A stretch of 17,161 bases of DNA, taken from contig JBBQYG010000080.1 of assembly GCA_038208905.1 (NCBI GenBank), positions 1 through 17,161 on the forward strand, read 5' to 3'. Shown piece after piece: positions 1 through 9,109 of the stretch. The position numbers were made by a program, and so were the translations under genes. Position 1 is the stretch's first letter, and the number at the start of each line of letters is the position of its first letter. The stretch is from Candidatus Sumerlaeia bacterium. GTDB lineage: Bacteria > Sumerlaeota > Sumerlaeia > SLMS01. The notes below the pieces were generated by a model, which saw nothing but the letters and a program-made list of their open reading frames with translations, was not told the DNA's origin and ran no database searches.

Positions 1-205
1 AGTAAGCGCATGGATGACCGCCAACCAACGAGGATGTGCGAAGCCTCAGCCACGCAAGCCGTGGGGCTCAAACAAAAGTTATGGTCGTCGCGGCGAAAGC
101 GGGATGCCGCATCCCGGCGCCGGTCGCATCTTGCTTGCCTCCCGGGCGTCGGGCGTCAACTTTCTGCTTCCCCCGCCCGGCGGGGTCCAGAACCGAGGTT
201 CCCCG

Positions 206-973
206 ATGCCCCGCCTGATTGTCGCCCTGCCGGCCTACAACGAGGAGGATTGCCTCCCCCCGCTCCTTCGCAGCTTCAGGCGCCTGTTCCGCCAGTTGCC
301 CGCGGAGGTCGATCCCATCGTCATCGTGGTCAACGATGGCAGCAAGGACGGCACCGCCGCCGTGACGCGGCGCATCGGAAAGAAGATGCCCGTCCGCCTG
401 GTGGACCACGTGGTGAATCGCGGCCTTGGCGAGGCGATCAAGACCGGACTGCGCGCCGCGCTGGAGGAGGCCCGCTCCGACGAGGACGTGATCATCTGCA
501 TGGACGCCGACGACACCCACCCGCCGCGCTATGTGGTGCCCATGCTCAAGCGGATTGAAAAGGGCGCCGACATGGTCATCGCCTCGCGCTATCGTCCCGG
601 CTCCCGCCAAGTCGGGGTGCCTTTCCACCGCCAATGGATGAGCTTTGGCGCGCGGTTCCTCTTCTGGCTGTTTCTCCGCCTTCCCGGCGTCCGGGACTAC
701 ACCTGCGGATTCCGCGCCTATCGGGTGGGGTTGATTCGCCAGGCGTTCGAGGTGTATGGCGACGACCTGATCACGCGGAACGGATTTGCCTGCACGGACC
801 AGCTTCTGGTAAACATCGCCTGCATGGGGGATGTCCGAATCGAGGAGATCCCCTTCGTGTTGCGCTACGACCGCAAGGTGGGAGAGTCCAAGCTCAAGCT
901 GGGCGTGACGATTCTGGAGACTTTCCGCCTGCTGGGCGATGGTCGGAAGAAGCTGCGCGCCTCGCGCCGGTGA
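206..973 (+). CDS. Glycosyltransferase family 2, DPM1/polyprenol-phosphate sugar synthase-like (255 aa)
   Basis: GT-A motifs ALPAYNEE, VVNDGSKDGT, NRGLGEAI, DxD motif MDADDTHPP, VIASRY, RDYTCGFRAYR. ATG 206 chosen over ORF-track start 14 because GAGG lies at 195-198 and the conserved domain begins immediately after it. Confidence 0.92.
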   Translation: MPRLIVALPAYNEEDCLPPLLRSFRRLFRQLPAEVDPIVIVVNDGSKDGTAAVTRRIGKKMPVRLVDHVVNRGLGEAIKTGLRAALEEARSDEDVIICMDADDTHPPRYVVPMLKRIEKGADMVIASRYRPGSRQVGVPFHRQWMSFGARFLFWLFLRLPGVRDYTCGFRAYRVGLIRQAFEVYGDDLITRNGFACTDQLLVNIACMGDVRIEEIPFVLRYDRKVGESKLKLGVTILETFRLLGDGRKKLRASRR

Positions 974-976
974 CCT

Positions 977-1062
977 TGTGGATAACTTGTGGGCAAGCGA
1001 CCAAAAAGCGGGGAAAGTCCCCACTTTTTGGCGTTTTTACCTGTGGATAACCTTGTGGAAAA
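977..1062. promoter_or_regulatory. Cluster of four co-oriented DnaA boxes (two tandem pairs)
   Basis: TGTGGATAA at 977-985 and 1042-1050 (reverse complement of consensus TTATCCACA); TGTGGAAAA at 1054-1062 (fits TTWTNCACA); TGTGGGCAA at 988-996 (2 mismatches). Confidence 0.75.
1001..1031. terminator. Probable bidirectional intrinsic terminator between convergent genes
   Basis: CCAAAAAGCGGGGA-AAG-TCCCCACTTTTTGG: 14-nt arms with one mismatch, A5 on the left and T5 on the right, between stops at 973 (+) and 1069 (-). Confidence 0.7.
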
Positions 1063-1068
1063 TCAGGC

Positions 1069-3837
<2,769 letters not shown>

Positions 3838-4176
3838 CGCTGGCTTGCTTGCGCGCTCCGCCTTGGCTATGCACTTCAGATGCGGCTGTCGGCAAAGATT
3901 GAGGAGCCCCAATACGGCGCGAACCCCTACCGCGCCAGCCGTGCAGCCCAATTTCATGCGACGATCCAGTTATGCCCATCGCCCCTGTGCAGGTGTCCAT
4001 GAAATTCCGCCAGCCTAGATTTCTCGCGAACTTTCGGGCGAGGCCGCGAAAGACCGCCGCTTGCGGGATTATTCGTTGCCGTCGCCAAAGGCCTGTGAGA
4101 AATCCGGGCTAGCGGCCCCCAAGGACGTTTCCACAGGCTCGCGTGCCTCGCCAAACGCCCGCCCCCCGGAAATGCC

Positions 4177-4617
4177 ATGGAAATCCCCATCGTCCTCCTG
4201 CCGCACGGTCGCGGACTTGCCCTCCCCGAATACCAGACTGGGGGGAGTAGCGGGATGGACCTCGTCGCGGCTGTGGAATCCCCCGTTTCCATTCCGCCGG
4301 GCCGAGTGGCCCTTGTGCCCACGGGCATCGGGGTTGCCCTGCCCCCCGGCTTCGAGTTCCAGATCCGCCCGCGCAGCGGATTGGCCCTTCGCCACGGAAT
4401 CACCGTGCTGAACTCGCCGGGCACCGTGGACGCCGACTATCGGGGCGAGGTCCAAGTGATCCTGGCCAACCTCGGCGACGCCCCATTCGAGGTGACACGC
4501 GGGATGCGAATCGCCCAAATGGTCCTGTGCCGCGTGGAGCGCGTCGCGTGGCGCCCCGCCGATTCCCTCGACGCCACGGCGCGCGGCGACGGAGGGTTTG
4601 GCCACACGGGGCGCTAG
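4177..4617 (+). CDS. dut: Trimeric dUTP diphosphatase
   Basis: All five dUTPase motifs: [38 protein letters not shown]; 146 aa. Confidence 0.97.
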   Translation: MEIPIVLLPHGRGLALPEYQTGGSSGMDLVAAVESPVSIPPGRVALVPTGIGVALPPGFEFQIRPRSGLALRHGITVLNSPGTVDADYRGEVQVILANLGDAPFEVTRGMRIAQMVLCRVERVAWRPADSLDATARGDGGFGHTGR

Positions 4618-4649
4618 CAATCCACGACCCTCAAAGGATACCCAACCGG

Positions 4650-6248
4650 ATGAAGTCCTTCTTCAAGCTGGCTCTCAAACACTGGAAAAAAATTCTGCTC
4701 GGGCTGGTCGGGGCCGTGGTGCTCCTGCTCGTCATCGTCCGCATGATGCTCCCGGGAATTATCCGGGGACGGATCGAATCGATCGGCAGCAAGACGCTCG
4801 GTGTCCCCGTCAAGGTCGATGGCGTCGGCCTCTCCCTGATGAAAGGCTCGTTTTCCATCAAGGGACTTACCGTGCAGGCGCCAACGGGATTCACCATTCC
4901 TACGCTGCTATCGATCAAGAATCTCCAGGTCAACGTCGAACCGGCTTCCCTTCTGGGCGACCGCATCGTGGTGGACCTGATCGAGATCGACGGCCTCGAT
5001 TTGAGCGCCGAGGTGGACGCCCAGGGCCGCCAGAGCCTCCAGCAATTAATCGCCAACGCGGCCGCCAAGCCCGCCGCCGACGAGGAGGCACGAGAGAAGT
5101 CGAAGGAGGAGGAAGAATCCAATGCGCCGACGGAGGAGACGCCCGGCAAATCGATCCTTCTTGAAAACATCGAGCTGACAAACTTCCGCGTCGTCTCGCT
5201 CGACGCCTTCGCGGACTCTGAGCCAATCACAGCCACAGTTTCCTTCGAGCGATTCTCGCTGGAGAATGCGCTGATCGCTCCGCCGGCGTTGTCCAAGGCC
5301 GGTGAAACCGCCGCGATTGCTCTCGCCGGACTCGAAATGAGCGTAACGGGCGACTACGACAAGCCGCAGCTCCTCAAGCTGGGCGAACTCGGCATTGAGG
5401 TTGATCTGGGGCGCTTCCTCGCTTCAGGCAACCAGCAGGAATTGTCGTTCGCCGAAATTCGCCTCGTGGGACTCGAAGTCAACACGGAGGAGCCGAGCGA
5501 CCGCTCCCGCTCAAACTCCAAGGTGTATCAGCGCGTCATGACGAATGGCCTTTCGGCCGCCGCGCCGCGCCGCATCGACGGCAGCCAGCGCGATCCGGAG
5601 GTTGTTGCCGCCACAGCAGATGCCGACGCTCCGCAGCCGGATGCCCCCTCGCAGCCCGCGACCACGGAAAAGCCAGATGGAGAGAAGGGCGGCCTTCGCG
5701 TTCTGGAGATCGCCGTGCTTGACCTGAGCGACGTCGACGCACGGACGATACGCTCCGGCACGACCAGATTCAAGGTCAGCAAGGGTGCTATCTCGATGAA
5801 GGATCTTGTCTATGGCGACGACCGGGTAAGGGGGGAAGTTTCGTTTCAGGTGAAGGGATTCGACTATGACGTGGCTTCCAACCGGGAGGCCAATGTGTTC
5901 CTCGCGCCGCTCAAGCTGATGCTTGGCGCCGGGGTCGGCAAGTCGCCCGTGGTGTTTAACGTGCGCACCAAGGCCAGCAGCCTCCGGGAATTCCTGGTCA
6001 ACCTCGTCCGCGGGGTGCAAGCAAAGGCCCTCCCCGGATCGGAAATCGTCACCGACGCCCTCGGTACCGCCACCGACGCGGTTGGCGGTGCCGTGGGGAC
6101 TGCGAGCGACGCCCTTGGAACCGGTGCCGACGCGGTGGGTGAAGCCGCCAAGGGCGTCGGCGGGGCGGCGGAAAAGGTCGGTGGCGCCATCGGCGACCTC
6201 TTCGGCAAGAATAAAGCGAAGGAAGGCGATGAGGCGGAGAAAAAGTAG
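4650..6248 (+). CDS. AsmA/DUF748-like envelope protein with an N-terminal membrane anchor
   Basis: Basic N-terminus plus TM (KKILLGLVGAVVLLLVIVRMML), then an AsmA-type opening (LGVPVKVDGVGLSLMKGSFSIKGLTV...LLGDRIVVDLIEIDGLDL) and amphipathic beta strands. AAGGA at 4634-4638 precedes ATG 4650. Confidence 0.7.
   Translation: MKSFFKLALKHWKKILLGLVGAVVLLLVIVRMMLPGIIRGRIESIGSKTLGVPVKVDGVGLSLMKGSFSIKGLTVQAPTGFTIPTLLSIKNLQVNVEPASLLGDRIVVDLIEIDGLDLSAEVDAQGRQSLQQLIANAAAKPAADEEAREKSKEEEESNAPTEETPGKSILLENIELTNFRVVSLDAFADSEPITATVSFERFSLENALIAPPALSKAGETAAIALAGLEMSVTGDYDKPQLLKLGELGIEVDLGRFLASGNQQELSFAEIRLVGLEVNTEEPSDRSRSNSKVYQRVMTNGLSAAAPRRIDGSQRDPEVVAATADADAPQPDAPSQPATTEKPDGEKGGLRVLEIAVLDLSDVDARTIRSGTTRFKVSKGAISMKDLVYGDDRVRGEVSFQVKGFDYDVASNREANVFLAPLKLMLGAGVGKSPVVFNVRTKASSLREFLVNLVRGVQAKALPGSEIVTDALGTATDAVGGAVGTASDALGTGADAVGEAAKGVGGAAEKVGGAIGDLFGKNKAKEGDEAEKK
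6051..6158 (+). repeat. Imperfect 54-bp (18-aa) tandem coding repeat in the AsmA-like C-terminus
   Basis: ACCGACGCCCTCGGTACCGCCACCGACGCGGTTGGC at 6051 versus AGCGACGCCCTTGGAACCGGTGCCGACGCGGTGGGT at 6105; peptides TDALGTATDAVG and SDALGTGADAVG. Confidence 0.65.
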
Positions 6249-6267
6249 GCGCCCTTCACCTCGCCTA

Positions 6268-6331
6268 TTGACTCGGATCAGCTTTGGTTTCAGTAATCGG
6301 TTGTTAGACAAAGAGCAAAACCGCATACCAT
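6268..6331 (+). promoter_or_regulatory. Candidate sigma70-type promoter region for pilT
   Basis: Locally AT-rich gap. TTGACT 6268-6273 with AGTAAT 18 nt later, or TAGACA 6305-6310 with TACCAT 6326-6331 (15-nt spacer). Neither fits consensus well. Confidence 0.3.
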
Positions 6332-6359
6332 GCCGGGAATGCCCCCCAAGGAGTGAGCC

Positions 6360-7484
6360 GTGCTCGACATCACCGAAATGCTTCGCATGACAGTGGACTA
6401 TGGAGCTTCCGACCTCCATATCGTGGTGGGCCGCCCGCCCGTTATCCGCGTGGACGGCAGCATCGTCAACCTCGAGCACCCGCCCCTGACCGCGGCGGAC
6501 ACCCGCCGCCTGATCTACGGCATTCTGACCGATATCCAGAAGCAGAAGTTCGAGGAGAACAAGGACCTCGACTTCTCGCTCAGCGTCACTCAGGTGGCCC
6601 GCTTCCGCGTCAACGCGCACTTCCAGCGCGGCTCCGTCGCGGCGGCATTCCGCCTCATCATGAACCAGATCAAGAGCTTTCAGGAACTGGGCCTGCCGCC
6701 CATGGTGTGCGACCAGTTCACCAAGAAGCCCAACGGATTCGTGCTCGTCACGGGCCCCACCGGCTCCGGCAAGTCCACCACGCTGGCAGCGCTCATCGAC
6801 AAGATCAACGCCGAACAGCCCAAGCACATCATCACGATGGAAGACCCCATCGAGTATATCCACAACCACAAGATGTCCTTGGTGGAGCAGCGCGAAATCA
6901 ACGAGGACACCGTCAGCTTCTCCCACGGCCTCAAGTACGCGCTCCGTCAGGATCCCGACGTCATTCTGGTCGGTGAAATGCGCGACCTCGAGACGATCCA
7001 GATGGCAGTCAGCGGCGCCGAAACCGGCCACCTAGTCTTCTCCACCCTCCACACCGTGGACGTGCAGCAGACAATGGACCGGATGATCGACGTGTTCCCG
7101 CCCTTCCAGCAGGAGCAAATTAGAATGATGCTCGCCGGCGTCATCGAAGGCGTGATGTGCCAGCGCCTCCTCCCCAAGTTGCGCGGCGGTCGTGTCGCCT
7201 CCATCGAGGTGCTTGTTGGAACAGACGCCGTCCGAAACATGATCCGCGAAGGCAAGACGCACCAGATTCCTGCGTTCATGGATGCCGGCGCCAAGTACGG
7301 CATGCAGACGATGGACAAGTCCTTGGCGGAACTCTATCGCCGCAACCTGATCTCCCGCGAAATCTGCCTCCTGAATTCGCGCAAGCCGGAGGAGGTGAAG
7401 CGCCAAATCGGCGGCGGCGCACCCGGTGCCCCCGGCGCCACTGCTGGTCCAATGTCCTCCCAGCGGCCCGCCGCCCGCATCTAG
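6360..7484 (+). CDS. pilT: Type IV pilus retraction ATPase PilT
   Basis: ASDLHI N-terminus, Walker A GPTGSGKSTT, Asp box TMEDPIE, Walker B LRQDPDVILVGEMRD, His box GHLVFSTLH, AVRNMIRE (AIRNLIRE motif), GMQTMD. AAGGAG precedes GTG 6360. Confidence 0.95.
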   Translation: MLDITEMLRMTVDYGASDLHIVVGRPPVIRVDGSIVNLEHPPLTAADTRRLIYGILTDIQKQKFEENKDLDFSLSVTQVARFRVNAHFQRGSVAAAFRLIMNQIKSFQELGLPPMVCDQFTKKPNGFVLVTGPTGSGKSTTLAALIDKINAEQPKHIITMEDPIEYIHNHKMSLVEQREINEDTVSFSHGLKYALRQDPDVILVGEMRDLETIQMAVSGAETGHLVFSTLHTVDVQQTMDRMIDVFPPFQQEQIRMMLAGVIEGVMCQRLLPKLRGGRVASIEVLVGTDAVRNMIREGKTHQIPAFMDAGAKYGMQTMDKSLAELYRRNLISREICLLNSRKPEEVKRQIGGGAPGAPGATAGPMSSQRPAARI

Positions 7485-7489
7485 GCGGA

Positions 7490-7538
7490 TTCCATCCCCT
7501 GCATTGTGCTTCAGGATGTGTCGTGCAGGGGAGTGGAA
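7490..7538. repeat. Inverted repeat (hairpin 1) just after the pilT stop
   Basis: TTCCATCCCCTGCA (7490-7503) pairs with TGCAGGGGAGTGGAA (7524-7538) with a one-nucleotide bulge; 20-nt loop; no U-tract. Confidence 0.7.
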
Positions 7539-7574
7539 ATCGGCAGAGTAGGCTCTCCGGAACGATCCGATGAT

Positions 7575-7625
7575 TGCAATTTGCATCTCCCCTTCATCGC
7601 GAAGGGGGATGCAAATTGCATTATT
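7575..7625 (+). terminator. Long inverted repeat (hairpin 2); possible terminator or operator pair
   Basis: TGCAATTTGCATCTCCCCTTC (7575-7595) pairs with GAAGGGGGATGCAAATTGCA (7601-7620): 20-bp stem, 1 bulge, 5-nt loop, followed by TTATT. The hairpin is clear; the terminator role is uncertain. Confidence 0.5.
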
Positions 7626-7769
7626 GTCTCGCTGTCTGGGTTCCATTGTAGTTGACGGGCACCCCTCCGCCGCGTCTCCTCTCCACTAGGGAAGCCGACA
7701 CTTCCAGAACCCGCCCGGCGAGGTCCCAGTGCCCGCATAAATCCAGTCATTTCAAGAGGTCTCCTCCCG

Positions 7770-8474
7770 ATGGCCGTCGCCACGCCGCCCCGCATGACAC
7801 TTGCCGATATCCTCCTCAAGGAGGGGGTTATCAGCGACGAGCAGCATGAGCGCGCCTTGCTGGAATACGACCGCACCAAGCGATCCATCGTGCGCATCCT
7901 GACGGAGATGGGGGTGCTTCCCGAAGACACCCGAATCAATATCCTTCGTCGGCGACTCAATTGCGAGCTTGTGAAGCTTCGCGATGTCATCCCGTCTGCT
8001 GAAGTTTCCGGCTACGTGACCAAGGATATGTGTCGCCGCTTGCACGCGGTGCCCCTTCGCCTGACCGACGGCACCGTTCTGGTCGCGATGGAGGACCCCA
8101 CCGACATGCGCGCGATTCAGGATCTGGAGCGCGTCTACGGGACGAGCGTGCGCGCGGTTTTGGCATCGTCCTCCGATATTGAGGAGACTATTGAACGATT
8201 TCCGGAAGTTGTCGAGCCCGAGGCTGGCGGGCGAACCGATCGGGGAATCGGCTACAAACTGACGGCGACGCTCTCCCTCGCTCTTCTGGTTTTTGGCCCC
8301 ATGATGGGCTTCCTCTACTTCATCTCCCGGTCAAAGGTTGGCTTGGAGTGGTACTCGTCCTTCGGATTCGGCACCTTCGAGAATGTTCTCGTGTTTCTGG
8401 TGGTCTGGGGTTCCTGGGCAGCGATTGGGTATTTCCTCAACGATCTCCTCTTCGGCGGCGATTCGAGGGGCTGA
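7770..8474 (+). CDS. Stand-alone MshEN/T2SSE_N (PilB/GspE N-terminal) domain protein with two C-terminal TM helices and no ATPase domain
   Basis: MshEN-like helices TLADILLKEGVISDEQHERALLEY and SIVRILTEMGVLPEDTRINILRRR. GspE-N alpha/beta subdomain CRRLHAVPL...VLVAMEDPTDMRAIQDLE...VRAVLASSSDIEETIERF. Hydrophobic LSLALLVFGPMMGFLYFI and VLVFLVVWGSWAAIGYFL. AAGAGG upstream of the ATG. Confidence 0.8.
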   Translation: MAVATPPRMTLADILLKEGVISDEQHERALLEYDRTKRSIVRILTEMGVLPEDTRINILRRRLNCELVKLRDVIPSAEVSGYVTKDMCRRLHAVPLRLTDGTVLVAMEDPTDMRAIQDLERVYGTSVRAVLASSSDIEETIERFPEVVEPEAGGRTDRGIGYKLTATLSLALLVFGPMMGFLYFISRSKVGLEWYSSFGFGTFENVLVFLVVWGSWAAIGYFLNDLLFGGDSRG

Positions 8475-8527
8475 CAGAGTCCGCGTAGGGAAAAGCCGGG
8501 AACAGTTGACTTCCCGCGCACAGGCGG

Positions 8528-8581
8528 GTTGGGCTGATGGAGGAACGGGCACGGCCCCTCCATCGGCCCAACACCTTTTTT
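8528..8581 (+). terminator. Intrinsic terminator-like hairpin after the MshEN gene
   Basis: GTTGGGCTGATGGAGG (8528-8543) pairs with CCTCCATCGGCCCAAC (8557-8572), 16 bp including one G-U, then ACC and T6 (8576-8581). Confidence 0.7.
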
Positions 8582-8597
8582 GGGGTATCCCGTTTTC

Positions 8598-9080
8598 ATG
8601 ATTCCGCGCTTGCTGGCCGTACTTCTCGCCGCGTTCTTGGTCGCCTCCTGCGCCACCGATGGGCCGCGCGGGGTCGACGCGGCAGCATATGGAAAAATTC
8701 ATCTCCGCTACGCCTACGCACCGGGAGACGACGCAATACGGGCATTCGACATCTATCGGGCCGCGGAGGCGCGGGGGCCATTCGCTCGGGTTAATCGGGA
8801 ACCCATCAAGGCCGTTGATCGGCCCGCTACTGGCTTGGTGCAGGAGTTGATGACGGACTACGGTCTGGTCCTAGGCGGCGAGTACTTCTACTATCTAGAG
8901 GGAATCGACCAATCGGGGGGGCGGCGCAAGGTGACGGGGATCTCCCGAGCGACCGTGGAATTGCCACTCCAGCCGGAAGATCGCGGCAAGCTCGCGAGAA
9001 TTCAGGAGGAGCGAGCCGCCACCGCCCGCAAGGGGATCCGGCAGGGGTCCAGCCCGGGCACTCGTCGCCCGGCCGGATGA
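8598..9080 (+). CDS. Lipoprotein with a fibronectin type III-like domain
   Basis: Signal peptide II MIPRLLAVLLAAFLVAS-C. FN3-type pattern AFDIYRA...GPFARVNREPI...TDYGLVLGGEYFYYLEGIDQSG. Basic C-terminal tail. Confidence 0.7.
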   Translation: MIPRLLAVLLAAFLVASCATDGPRGVDAAAYGKIHLRYAYAPGDDAIRAFDIYRAAEARGPFARVNREPIKAVDRPATGLVQELMTDYGLVLGGEYFYYLEGIDQSGGRRKVTGISRATVELPLQPEDRGKLARIQEERAATARKGIRQGSSPGTRRPAG

Positions 9081-9109
9081 ACGGGAGCAGGAAAGGACGT
9101 GGAACGGAC

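Noticed and set aside
1..11. Possible start of a minus-strand gene (ATG at 11-9) running off the window
   Set aside because: Only three full codons are visible and there is no clear RBS.
40..120. Riboswitch-like look (GCGAAAGC loop, short stems), considered as c-di-GMP-I given the pilus context
   Set aside because: The conserved core of that aptamer is not recognisable; an Infernal search would be needed.
14..205. 64-aa N-terminal extension of the GT2 ORF
   Set aside because: No domain-like features; the RBS and domain start favour ATG 206.
974..1068. Calling this region oriC
   Set aside because: Only 95 bp, with no evident unwinding element or DnaA-trios and no dnaA/dnaN neighbours; kept only as a DnaA-box cluster.
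5511..7031. 506-aa minus-strand ORF
   Set aside because: Antisense to the AsmA-like gene and pilT; no recognisable domain.
7605..7620. Sigma-54-like GG-N10-GC (GGGGAT-GCAAA-TTGCA)
   Set aside because: The -24 element is a poor match to TGGCAC and the sequence is already explained as a hairpin arm.
7490..7620. CRISPR mini-array or MITE
   Set aside because: Only two diverged palindromes, with no regular spacers, cas genes, transposase or target-site duplication.
7770..8600. Truncated pilB pseudogene
   Set aside because: The ORF continues into two well-formed TM helices and no Walker-motif remnant was seen downstream.
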